NCBI GenBank assembly: GCA_963771175.1
Contig: CAVYSY010000030.1
Location: 64,001 to 128,000, forward strand
DNA: 64,000 nucleotides
Direction of reading: 5' to 3'
Origin: an uncultured delta proteobacterium
Lineage (GTDB): Bacteria; Myxococcota; Myxococcia; Myxococcales; Myxococcaceae
The notes beneath the pieces were generated by a model. It ran no database searches and was not told the DNA's origin. It was given only the letters and a program-made list of their open reading frames with translations. Position 1 is the stretch's first letter. Each line of letters opens with the position of its first letter. The translations under genes and the position numbers were made by a program. Positions 35,724 through 45,335 of this stretch are shown here, piece after piece.

Positions 35724-37400
35724 CTACTCGACGCGGGTGATGCGGTTCGTCTCCGGCGGGGTGAGCGGGGAGTGCGACTTCAACCACAACTCCAGTGCAT
35801 CCACGTCCACCATGCCGCCGCGCCGCTCCGTGCCCTCGGCGAGCACGCGGAAACCGTCTCCGCCATTCGAGAGGAAGTTGTTCACCGTGACGCGGTAGCG
35901 GCCCGCCGGGTCGATGGGCTGGCCATTCAACCGGAGGCTGGCCGGGTCCACCCGCTGGCCCACGGGTGCCGAGGCCTTCCACGTATAGGAGAAGCCTCGT
36001 GAGGGCTGGAGGATGCGGGGATTGCTGCCCTCCCACTGCTGCTCCAGCAGGGTGTGGAGCTGCGCGCCGGTGAGCGTCATCGTCACCAGGGCATTGCCGA
36101 AGGGCTGGAGGGTGAAGATTTCTCCGTAGGTGACGTCGCCCGCGTCGAGGTCCCCCCGGATGCCGCCCGGGTTCAGGAAGGCCACCTGGGCGCCCGCGTC
36201 CTTCGTCGCCTCGAGCTGCGAGTCGGTGATGGTGTTGCCCAGCGTGGACTCGCCCGAGGGCCACACCTTGGCGTTCGGCTGCCGGAGCGGCACCGTCACC
36301 TGGCCGAGCACGCGGTCGCGCAGGGGCGCGGCGAGCGCGTCGTAGCGGTCCACGAGCGTCTGCACCTCGGGGACGCCCTCCACGTCCCGGGTGACGATCA
36401 CGTTGTGCGCGGTGCTCTCCACGACGTCTCCGGTGGCCGAGTCCAGCACGAGGTCGATGTCGGTGATGAGCCGCCCGAAGGACGCCCCGCTGGTGACGCG
36501 CTTGCCGTCGATGACGCAGTTGTACGCCTGGTGGGTGTGGCCGGTGACGAGCACGTCCACCGCCTTGTCCACGCCCTTGGCGATGTCGACGATGGGGCCG
36601 GAGATGCCCTCGCACCCGTCGTACAGGCCCGGCTGGGTGCCGCCCTCGTGCACCACCACGACGATGGCCTCCACCCCCTGCCGCTTCAGCTCGGGCACCA
36701 GGGCGTTGACCGTCTCCACCTCGTCGCGGAACTGGAGCCCCACGATGCCCGAGCCGTCGACGATTTCCGGGGTGCCCTCCAGCGTCATGCCGATGAAGGC
36801 CACCTTCACGCCCTCGAACTCGCGGACGGCGTAGGGTGGGAAGAGGGTGGTGCCCTGGGGCGTGTGCACGTTGGCGGCGAGGTAGGAGAAGCGGGCGCCC
36901 GCGTAGGGGGTGCCATCCTGGCAGCCGGCCACCGGGTGGCAGCCGCCGGACTGCATGCGCTGCAGCTCGGCGGCGCCCTCGTCGAACTCGTGGTTGCCCA
37001 CGGCGGCGAGGTCCAGGCCCATCAGGTTCAAGGCCTCGACGGTGGGCTCGTCGTGGAAGAGGGCGGAGAGGAGCGGGGTGGCGCCGATGAGGTCCCCCGC
37101 GGCCACCACCACCGTATTCGGATTGGTGGCGCGCAGGTGGGCGAGGTGCCGGGCGAGGAAGCTGGCACCCCCGGCCTTCACCCGGGCGGAGTCCGTGCGG
37201 ATTTCGCCCGAGGAGCCCGGCGGCGGGGCGAGGTGGCCGTGGAGGTCATTGATGGCGAGCACCTGCACCCGCACCTGGCGGGGCGCCCCGTCCGAGACTG
37301 TGGACGGAGGCTGGCCACCGGCATGGGCGCAGGAGATGAGGAGCGCGCTGGAGAGCAGCAGGGAGTGGAAGGGGGAGAGGGAGGAAGGGGGCGTTCGCAT
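35724..37400 (-). CDS. Bifunctional metallophosphatase/5'-nucleotidase lipoprotein
   Basis: INDLHG, AGDLIG, GNHEFD, TGHTH, NPGGIR, QPFGN, FLSNGGDGF. Confidence 0.93.
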   Translation of the reverse strand: MRTPPSSLSPFHSLLLSSALLISCAHAGGQPPSTVSDGAPRQVRVQVLAINDLHGHLAPPPGSSGEIRTDSARVKAGGASFLARHLAHLRATNPNTVVVAAGDLIGATPLLSALFHDEPTVEALNLMGLDLAAVGNHEFDEGAAELQRMQSGGCHPVAGCQDGTPYAGARFSYLAANVHTPQGTTLFPPYAVREFEGVKVAFIGMTLEGTPEIVDGSGIVGLQFRDEVETVNALVPELKRQGVEAIVVVVHEGGTQPGLYDGCEGISGPIVDIAKGVDKAVDVLVTGHTHQAYNCVIDGKRVTSGASFGRLITDIDLVLDSATGDVVESTAHNVIVTRDVEGVPEVQTLVDRYDALAAPLRDRVLGQVTVPLRQPNAKVWPSGESTLGNTITDSQLEATKDAGAQVAFLNPGGIRGDLDAGDVTYGEIFTLQPFGNALVTMTLTGAQLHTLLEQQWEGSNPRILQPSRGFSYTWKASAPVGQRVDPASLRLNGQPIDPAGRYRVTVNNFLSNGGDGFRVLAEGTERRGGMVDVDALELWLKSHSPLTPPETNRITRVE

Positions 37401-37494
37401 GTGAGCGGCCCTTATCTCTCACAACTCGTGCCTTTCCGCCTGCCCCCCCATTCGCCATAGACTGGAGGCGCTTTCCTGAACGAGGGGGACGCTC

Positions 37495-39312
37495 ATGTGG
37501 GCTCGCTCATACACAGTTCGCGCCGTGCTCGCCGTGGGGTTTCTCCTCCTCTTCTACGCGGTGGCGGTGGGGACGGCGCTCGGCCTGCTGTCCATTCCCT
37601 ACGTCCTCTACACGATGGCGCACCGCGTCCACCTCCAGCTCACCGTCATCTGCGTGGTGGCGGCGGGCGCCATCCTGTGGAGCCTGGTGCCGCGAGGCCC
37701 CTCTTTCCAACCGCCCGGGCCTCGCCTCACCGAGGAGGAGCACCCGCGGTTGTTCGCCGCCATTCGGGACGTGGCCCGGCGCATGGAGGCGGAGATGCCC
37801 GCGGAGGTGTACCTCATCCCGGATGTGAACGCCTTCGTGGCGCAGGTGGGAGGCTTCCTCGGCTTCGGCGGCCGGCGCGTGATGGGCATCGGCCTGGGCC
37901 TGCTGGCGGTGGACAACCTCTCGCAGTTCCGGGCCACCGTGGCGCACGAGTTCGGCCACTTCAAGGGCGGTGAGACGAAGCTGTCCGGCCTCATCTACGC
38001 CACGCGCGCGGCCATGAGCCGCACCCTGGAGAACCTGGGGCAGAGCGGTCGCAACCTGCTGCAGATTCCCTTCGAGTGGATGCTGCGCATGTACATGCGC
38101 CTCACCCAGGCCATCAGCCGGCAGCAGGAGCTGGTGGCGGACGAGTGGAGTCTGCGCATCGCCGGCAAGCAGGCGCACATCACCGGCCTGCGGCAGGAGG
38201 GCATGCACGGGGTGGGCTTCTCCCTCTTCCTGGACCACGAGGTGTACCCGCTGGGGCGGCTGGGCGTGGTGCCGGACAACCTCTTCGAGGGCTACCGCCG
38301 CTACATCGGCAGCTCGGGCTGGGAGCGGATGCAGCCGAAGGTGAAGTCGCTGCTGGCCGAGCGGAAGACGGACCCGTTCGACTCGCACCCGGGCCTGGAG
38401 GAGCGCATCGCCTTCGCCGAGAAGGTGGAGGTGCCGGAGCAGCCCATGGACGAGACGCCCTCGTACACGCTGCTCTCGGACGTGGAGAAGCTGGAGAAGC
38501 GCTACACGGACGAGATGCGGCCGCAAGAGCTGAAGCTCATTCCCTGGTCCGAGACCGGGGCGCGCTGGAGCGCGCTGTGGAACGAGACGGCCAACCGCGT
38601 GCAGGCGCGGGTGCCGGACTTCTCGCTGGCCCAGGTGTCGGTGCTGCTGACGGACGCCGCCGCGCGGGAGTCCTTCGCCGAGGCCGTCAACCCGCGGCTG
38701 GTGGGCTACCGGGCGCCGGACCGCGCCAGGCGGGTGCGCGAGACGGTGGGCCACTCGGTGAGCGCGTACGTGGCGAGCATCCTCGGCCGGCACGGCGGCC
38801 TGTCCTGGACGACGTCTCCCGGCGAATCGCTGAAGCTGGAGCGCGATGGGGTGCAGGTGGACCCGACGTCGCTCGTCGAGGAGCTGCTCGAGGGCAGGCT
38901 CGGGCCCGAGGCGCTGGAGCGCCTGTGCACCCAGCACGCGGTGGCCGAGGACGCCGCGTGGAAGGTGCAGGGCAAGGAGCTGGAGGATGCGCTCGCGCCC
39001 CTGGCCACGGTGAAGGTGCAGCAGGCCACGGGCGGGGCGGAGGTGCGGGCCCCGCTCGCGCGCCTGGGCCTGCCCCAGTGCTGCGCGCTGTGCTGTGGCA
39101 CCCTCGCCGGCCACGTGGAGACGCAATTCCGGGTGGGCGGGATGATGAGCGACAGCGGCCAGGTCACCTTCGACGTGCCCACCTGCGAGGCGCATGCCGA
39201 GCAGGCGCACGAGGCCCTTCGGGTGAAGGAGTACGAGCAGGGCGCGGACCTCATCACGCTCGAGGTGCCCAACGCGGAGTACGCGCAGCTCATCCAGCGC
39301 AGCAACGCGTGA
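37495..39312 (+). CDS. M48 (HtpX-like) membrane metallopeptidase with C-terminal extension
   Basis: TM helices, VNAF, AHEFGH, ELVAD, DSHP..ERI. Confidence 0.88.
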   Translation: MWARSYTVRAVLAVGFLLLFYAVAVGTALGLLSIPYVLYTMAHRVHLQLTVICVVAAGAILWSLVPRGPSFQPPGPRLTEEEHPRLFAAIRDVARRMEAEMPAEVYLIPDVNAFVAQVGGFLGFGGRRVMGIGLGLLAVDNLSQFRATVAHEFGHFKGGETKLSGLIYATRAAMSRTLENLGQSGRNLLQIPFEWMLRMYMRLTQAISRQQELVADEWSLRIAGKQAHITGLRQEGMHGVGFSLFLDHEVYPLGRLGVVPDNLFEGYRRYIGSSGWERMQPKVKSLLAERKTDPFDSHPGLEERIAFAEKVEVPEQPMDETPSYTLLSDVEKLEKRYTDEMRPQELKLIPWSETGARWSALWNETANRVQARVPDFSLAQVSVLLTDAAARESFAEAVNPRLVGYRAPDRARRVRETVGHSVSAYVASILGRHGGLSWTTSPGESLKLERDGVQVDPTSLVEELLEGRLGPEALERLCTQHAVAEDAAWKVQGKELEDALAPLATVKVQQATGGAEVRAPLARLGLPQCCALCCGTLAGHVETQFRVGGMMSDSGQVTFDVPTCEAHAEQAHEALRVKEYEQGADLITLEVPNAEYAQLIQRSNA

Positions 39313-39318
39313 GGACCG

Positions 39319-40506
39319 TCAGTGCACGGACCTCGGCCCGGGCGGCGTCGGGAGCTGCTCGCGCGAGACGGTCTCGTGCCCCGTGGCCTTGCCCGTCTCG
39401 AGCAGCGACTTGAAGCGCAGCAGGTCGTCATCCATCTGTCTCTTGGGGTCCACCCCCAGCAGCCGGGCGAAGCCGTGGCCCAGCGCGCCCGCGGGCGGGT
39501 TGTAGGACAGGCGGATGTCCAGCCGCGTGGAGCGGCCGTCGTTGGCCGGCTCGAAGCGGATGATGCCGGCATTCTCCACCGTGGAGCCCTCCACGCTCTT
39601 CCAGGCGAGCACCTGGTTGGGGATGAGCCGGGTGATGAGGGCGTCCCACTCGAAGGCGATGCCGGCCGGGCCCTTCACCCGCCAGTGTGAGCGCTCCTCG
39701 CCGCTGGTGCGCACCTCCTCCACATGGCTCATGAAGAGGGGGAAGTTCTCCATCGCCCGCCAGAAGGCGAACACCTCCTGCACCGGCGCGTGGACGAGGA
39801 TGTCCTTGTGCAGCGCGATGGCCTGGCGCCCGGCGCCCACGCCGGTGAGGCGCTTGAGCTCGAGGTTGGTGATGACGCGCAGGGTGAGCAGCGACCCGAG
39901 GAAGGTCGTGCTTCCTCCCACGAGGCCGCGGCGCCATAGGCCCCACGTCAGCAGGCTTCCTCCACAGAGGCCTCCGATGAAGCGCGCCGCGGGCGACCAG
40001 TTGCGCTGGAGGAACTCGGGCCTGTCTCCCGTGCGCGCCATGCCGCCCTGCAGGTCCGGGTGATTGCCGGCCTGCTTGTGCACCTGCAGGTCGTCGAGCA
40101 CGTCCAACACCCCGCGCACGCGCGCGATGCGGGAGAGCACCTTCGGGTGCTCGGTCTTGAGGATGTCCCCCCCGAGCCGCACCCGGCCGAGCTCCACGCT
40201 CACCTGGATGGCGTGCGGGTGCGAGCACACGCGGCCGAGCGCCGAGCGGACGCGGGCCTCGATGGTCCTGTCGTCCACCTCTTCGCGGCGCATCCGGCCC
40301 CGGGTCTCGAAGAAGAAGCCGCGCACGCGGTGGAGGATGTCGCGTGCCACCACGCGGGCCGCGTTCCCTGTCTCGTGGAGGGCGTGCAGGGCCTTGTCGT
40401 GCGTCACGGCCCGACGGCGCCGCCCACTGCGGGGATCCGCCCAGTACATCAACCCCACGCCCACCCCCACTCCTCCCAGCATCCACCCGGCAACTCTCAT
40501 CTCCAC
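39319..40506 (-). CDS. BON + SRPBCC domain protein
   Basis: DPRSGRRRR, BON (ARVRSALGR..GVLDVLDDL), SRPBCC (FWRAMENFPLFMSHV, YNPPAG, DDLLRFKSLLETG). Confidence 0.87.
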   Translation of the reverse strand: MEMRVAGWMLGGVGVGVGLMYWADPRSGRRRRAVTHDKALHALHETGNAARVVARDILHRVRGFFFETRGRMRREEVDDRTIEARVRSALGRVCSHPHAIQVSVELGRVRLGGDILKTEHPKVLSRIARVRGVLDVLDDLQVHKQAGNHPDLQGGMARTGDRPEFLQRNWSPAARFIGGLCGGSLLTWGLWRRGLVGGSTTFLGSLLTLRVITNLELKRLTGVGAGRQAIALHKDILVHAPVQEVFAFWRAMENFPLFMSHVEEVRTSGEERSHWRVKGPAGIAFEWDALITRLIPNQVLAWKSVEGSTVENAGIIRFEPANDGRSTRLDIRLSYNPPAGALGHGFARLLGVDPKRQMDDDLLRFKSLLETGKATGHETVSREQLPTPPGPRSVH

Positions 40507-40607
40507 GCCCTCCTGGGAACTCAGGTGGAACCAACGTGGGGGCAGGTGGGAGGTTTAGCAGCCAGCGGACGAGGGCTCTCTCCCTTGGCCGCCTCGTACC
40601 CGGAGCG

Positions 40608-41096
40608 TCAGCGGGGGAGGTTGGCGCAGGCCCGTTTGTCGCCGCCGTCACACGCGCGGCGGAGGAGCTCCGTGGCCCGGGCGTCGTTCTTCTCGGCGCA
40701 GGTGCCCGTGCGGTGGCAGATGGCCGCGCTGAAGCAGCCCGCCGCGTCACCGGCCTCGCACCCGCGCATGTAGAGGGTGTAGGCCCGGGCCGGGTCGGCG
40801 GCCTGCACGCCGCGGCCCTGCCAGTAGAAGGTGCCCAGCATCACGCAGGCGCGAGCGAAGCCCACGTCACACGCCTGGGTGTACAGCTCGACGGCGCGTG
40901 GGGCGTCGCCCTTCTTCTCGGCTTCGGCGGCGGCATCCAGGCACCCCTTCACCGTGGCGCCCGGACACTTGTCGTCCTGGCGCGCCAGGAGGGCCTGCTG
41001 CTCCGCGGCCTTGTTGTCCTTTCCCGCCGTGCTCTTCTCCTGCGAGCAGGCTCCCGATACCACCGACAGCAACGCCAATACCCAGACTCGTCTCAA
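40608..41096 (-). CDS. Sel1-like repeat lipoprotein
   Basis: Lipobox VSGAC; repeats LYTQACD..AC..LG, LYMRGCE..GC, LLRRACD..AC. TTG start inferred. Confidence 0.8.
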   Translation of the reverse strand: MRRVWVLALLSVVSGACSQEKSTAGKDNKAAEQQALLARQDDKCPGATVKGCLDAAAEAEKKGDAPRAVELYTQACDVGFARACVMLGTFYWQGRGVQAADPARAYTLYMRGCEAGDAAGCFSAAICHRTGTCAEKNDARATELLRRACDGGDKRACANLPR

Positions 41097-41163
41097 GGGG
41101 TCCTCCCGGCTCTTGCGGCGCCGGACCCTAGCAGAGCGGAAAGCGCGCGGAGCGAGGTCCGTC

Positions 41164-42969
41164 TCAGTCCCCCGTGCTCCCATGCGGGTAGAGGCGCTCG
41201 ATGAGGTCCGCGTAGGTCTTGCTGACGATGTGCCGCCGCACCTTCAGCGTGGGCGTCAGCTCGTTGCTCTCGATGGTGAAGTCGTGCGGGAGGATGACGA
41301 ACCTGCGGATGGACTCCGCGCGCGACACCGAGCGGTTGGCCGCCTCGACCGCATGGCCCACCTCCGCGCGCAACTCCGGGTCCTCCACCATCGACTCCAG
41401 CGGTTGCCCGGACTTGCCGTGCTTCCGGGCCCACTGGGCGAAGGCTTCGTTGTCGATCGTGATGAGCGCCGCCACGAAGGGCTTGCCCTCGCCCACCACC
41501 ATGGCCTGACTGACCAGCGGGTGCTCGCGGAGGCGGTCCTCCAGCGGCCCCGGTGCCACGTTCTTCCCGGCCGCGGTGACGAGGATCTCCTTCTTGCGGC
41601 CGGTGATGCGCAGGAAGCCCTGCTCATCCAGGCTCCCGAGGTCTCCTGTCTGCAGCCAGCCGTCGGGGGTGAACGTGCGCTGCGTGGCCTCGTCGTTGTG
41701 CCAGTAGCCCTGGAAGACCTGCGGCCCCTTCACGAGGATTTCTCCATCCTCCGCGATGCGTACGGAGGTACCGGGCATCGGCTTGCCCACCGTGCCAATG
41801 CCCACGTCGTCCTCGACGTTGATGGCCAGCACCGGGCTCGTCTCGGTCATGCCGTAGCCCTCGAACACCCTCACGCCGATGCCGTGGTAGAAGTGGTTGA
41901 GCCGCTCGGGCAGGGGCCCGCCGCCCGACACGGCGAAGCGCAACTGGCCGCCCATCACCGCGCGCAGCTTGCGGTACAGGAGCCGGTCGAAGAGCGCGTG
42001 CTGTACCCACGTGAGGAAGGAGACGCGGCCGGCGGAGCGCTCGCGCGAGAACTCGATGGCCACCTCCGTGGCCATATCGAATACCCGCTTACGGCCCGCC
42101 TGCTCGGCCTTCTGCTGCGCCGCATGGAACACCTTCTCCAGCACCCGAGGCACCATGCCAAACCACGTGGGCTGGACCATGCCCAGTTCCTCGGTGAGCT
42201 TGCCGGCGCTGCTGGCGAAGGCCACCGGGTGGCCGCGCTCGAACGCCACGAGGAAGAGCATCTTCGCCAGCGAGTGGGCGAGCGGCAGGAACAGCAGCGT
42301 CCGGTCCTGGTCGGTGAGCACCTTGCTGGCGTGTTTCATCACCTGCAGGGTGTTCGTCCGGAGGTTGGCGTGGGTGAGCGGGCAGCCTCGGGGCCGTCCC
42401 GTGGTGCCCGAGGTGTAGATGATGGTGGCCAGGTCGCTCGTCTTCAGCCGCGCCAGCCGCTCGTCGAGGCGGGCCTCGTCGACCTCGTTCCCGCGCTGCT
42501 GGAGGTAGTCGAGCGCCGCCTGGTCGATGACGAAGGTGCTCCGGCAGGCGGGGAGCTTGTCCGCGACCTGCCGGTAGTGCCCGTGCAGGGTGTCGGTCTC
42601 GAAGAACGCCGCCACGGCCTCGCTGTCGCGGAGGATCCACTCCACCTGCTCGGCGGAGGAGGTCTCGTAGATGGGCACGGTGACGGCCCCGGCGGCGAGG
42701 ATGGCGAAGTCGAGCAGCACCCACTCGAGCCGCGTCTTCGACATCAGCCCGACCCGCTGCCCCGGCTCGATGCCGAGTGCGATCAACCCCCGGGCGAGCC
42801 GGCGCACCGTCTGGACGACCTGCTCGGCGGTGAGGGACTCGAACCGGTCGCCGACGCGGTGCGAGAACATCGGCTTCGTCGGGTTGCGGCGTGCGTGCTC
42901 CAGGAGGGGCTGGAGCAGGTGCCCATCCGGTGCGAGGGTGATCTGTCCCTGCCCCACGATCTCCTTCAT
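41164..42969 (-). CDS. Long-chain fatty-acid--CoA ligase
   Basis: IYTSGTTGRPRG, EGYGMTET, WLQTGDLG, ITGRKKEILVTAAGKNVAP, ELTPTLK. Confidence 0.93.
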   Translation of the reverse strand: MKEIVGQGQITLAPDGHLLQPLLEHARRNPTKPMFSHRVGDRFESLTAEQVVQTVRRLARGLIALGIEPGQRVGLMSKTRLEWVLLDFAILAAGAVTVPIYETSSAEQVEWILRDSEAVAAFFETDTLHGHYRQVADKLPACRSTFVIDQAALDYLQQRGNEVDEARLDERLARLKTSDLATIIYTSGTTGRPRGCPLTHANLRTNTLQVMKHASKVLTDQDRTLLFLPLAHSLAKMLFLVAFERGHPVAFASSAGKLTEELGMVQPTWFGMVPRVLEKVFHAAQQKAEQAGRKRVFDMATEVAIEFSRERSAGRVSFLTWVQHALFDRLLYRKLRAVMGGQLRFAVSGGGPLPERLNHFYHGIGVRVFEGYGMTETSPVLAINVEDDVGIGTVGKPMPGTSVRIAEDGEILVKGPQVFQGYWHNDEATQRTFTPDGWLQTGDLGSLDEQGFLRITGRKKEILVTAAGKNVAPGPLEDRLREHPLVSQAMVVGEGKPFVAALITIDNEAFAQWARKHGKSGQPLESMVEDPELRAEVGHAVEAANRSVSRAESIRRFVILPHDFTIESNELTPTLKVRRHIVSKTYADLIERLYPHGSTGD

Positions 42970-43296
42970 CTGCGCGCTCCCGCTCAGGGTGACTCCAGGG
43001 CCTACCATGCTCCCGAGAGCGCGCGGGCCCAGGGAGAAGAGGGAGCCACTGTCGGACGAGTGACAGGGATGCGGGTGCGAACTGCTCGTAGTGGACGGTG
43101 CGCCGCGCTCCGGGGCGCGATTTTCCGGTCCAGGAGGTTCACGCTGCAGCACAGGGCGCGCGGTCTCCAGGTCACCTCGCGAGGCGGACAGCAGCCCATC
43201 GGCGACAATGGCCGCGCCGCACTTGTTACAGGGGTGTAGCCATGGCGGCGGGTGATACCTGGGCGGCGGCTCAGGCGCAGGTGCGTGCTGTATGCG

Positions 43297-43725
43297 CTAC
43301 CGCTTCGAGAGGATGCGACCCTGTCCGTCGATGGCGTACTCGGCCCCTGCATCCGGCACGATGAAGCCGGGAGCGCACTTCTACAGATCCGGGGAGAGCA
43401 GGACGAAGAAGAGATTGTCGTTGGCCTGCATTACGACCGTCCGATAGGTGTCCCAACGGGCGAGACATTGGAACTCGGGTCCTTCCTGGTCCTCGGGGTT
43501 GATATGGGCGGGGAGGTAGTCATTCATCGCCACCGAGAGAGCCTTCATCTTGGCTCCGTCGAGGCGGACACCACTTTCATATGAGTCCGGGAACTTGATG
43601 TTTGCCGCCTCCTCGGGAGGTGCCAACTCCGCCTTCTGGTACTTGTGATACCCGAGGCGCTCAATCAATGCGCAGCCTGGCAGAACGCAGGTGGCGAGGA
43701 GGAGGGAAGGTAAGAGGAGTCTCAT
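43297..43725 (-). pseudogene. Lipoprotein with in-frame TAG at 43381-43383
   Basis: Lipobox VLPGC; the frame continues past the TAG as KCAPGFIVPDAGAEYAIDGQGRILSKR to a TAG at 43297-43299. Confidence 0.6.
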
Positions 43726-43908
43726 GGCATCCCGTTTCGCGCATCTGGGCAAGAGGGGAACACCGCAGGTAGGCGGAGAGGTTACGCGATCATGTCGGGC
43801 GGGGTGTAACTCGGGTAGAGCGCTTCGTGGCCCCAGTTCGGGGAGGCTTCCGTGATGTCAGTACCTCGGTCTACTCTGCGCGTACTGCGTCAGCAGGGAG
43901 ACCTGAGA

Positions 43909-45334
43909 ATGGCCGAGGAACGGACGTACCTGGAGCTGTCCGAAGAAGGTGGCGGCTCGCACAAGTTCTACGAGGTGAGGCTGGAGGGCAACTCCCTCAC
44001 GGTTCGCTATGGCCGCATCGGCGACAAGGGTCAGACGCAGGTCTCCAGCTTCCCGTCCCCGGAGAAGGCGCTCGCCGAGGCTCGCAAGAAGATCAACGAG
44101 AAGGTCCGCAAGGGCTACGCCCCCGCCGTCCAGGGCCTGCGCGCGAAGCGCTCCGTCACCCGCCGTGAAATCACCAGCGGCCGCTCCAACGCGACCCAGG
44201 CCCCGCTCCTCTGGAAGTTCAACTCGGGCGACCGCGCCTTCGGCATCTTCGTGGACGACTCGCGCTGCTGGGTCGGCAACGAGAGCGGCTCCATCTACTC
44301 GGTGGACCACGAGGGCCGCACGCTCTCCCAGTTCCGCCTCGCCGATGGCGTGAAGTGCATCGTCGCCGATGACCGCTGGCTCTACGCCGGGTGCGATGAC
44401 GGCCGCGTCTACGACCTCGGCGGCAAGGTGCCGCGCGTGGCCTATGCCGATCGCGGATGACGTGGACATCTTCTGGCTGGACATCAAGGACGGAGTCCTC
44501 GGCGTGTCCGACGCGGGCGGCAAGCTCACCGCCATCAACCACGAGGACGAGTCCCAGTGGGTGAAGCAGAGCGTCGGCACCCACGGGTGGATGGTGCGCT
44601 GCGATGAGCTGGGCATGTACCACGGCCACGCGCGCGGCCTCACCATGTACGACTGGGAGGACGGCCGCGAAATCTGGCACCGCCCCACCCAGGGCAACGT
44701 CATGTTCGGCTGGCAGGAGGAGTCGAGCCTCTACGCCTGCACCAACCTCGGCTTCGTGCACCGCTTCACCAAGAAGGGCGACGCGGGCCCCGTCATGCAG
44801 TGTGACGCGGCGGTGTTCTCCTGCGCCGCGGTGGATGACGGCCGGTACGTCTTCGCTGGCGACAACATGTCCAGCGTCTACTGCTTCAACCACAAGGGCG
44901 AGCGCCTGTGGAAGCTGTCCACCGGGTGCGGCTCGGCCTTCTCCATGCAGTTCTTCCAGGACCGGCTCTACCTCGTCACCACCGAGGGCGTGCTCGCCTG
45001 CATCGACGCGAGCGAGAAGGCCATCCAGGCCGCGCAGTCCGGCTCGCTGCCGCAGGCCCGCAGCATCCAGGCCCCCAAGCCCGTGGAGGCCGTGCCCGCA
45101 GGCATCGTGGAGACGACGCGCGAGGCGGGCAAGGGCGTCATCGTGGAGTGCTACCAGGACGGCCCCCACCTGCGCGTGCGGGTGGTGTCCCCCGGCTACC
45201 ACTCCGACTGGCACGTGCAGTTCCCCAAGGACATCCGCCAGGCGGGCAGCCGCTACGTGGTGGAGGGCGTCCACGAGTCCGCGCGTGGTGGCTTCTACCG
45301 CGCCCATGGCGACATCCGCAGGCTGGTGAGCTGA
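43909..45334 (+). CDS. WGR-domain protein with WD40/PQQ-like beta-propeller; apparent frameshift near 44447
   Basis: N-terminal SHKFYEV..VRYGRIGDKGQ..EKVRKGY (WGR); propeller-like repeats (WLYAGCDDGRVY, YVFAGDNMSSVYCF..GERLWKL). Confidence 0.85.
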
Positions 45335-45335
45335 C

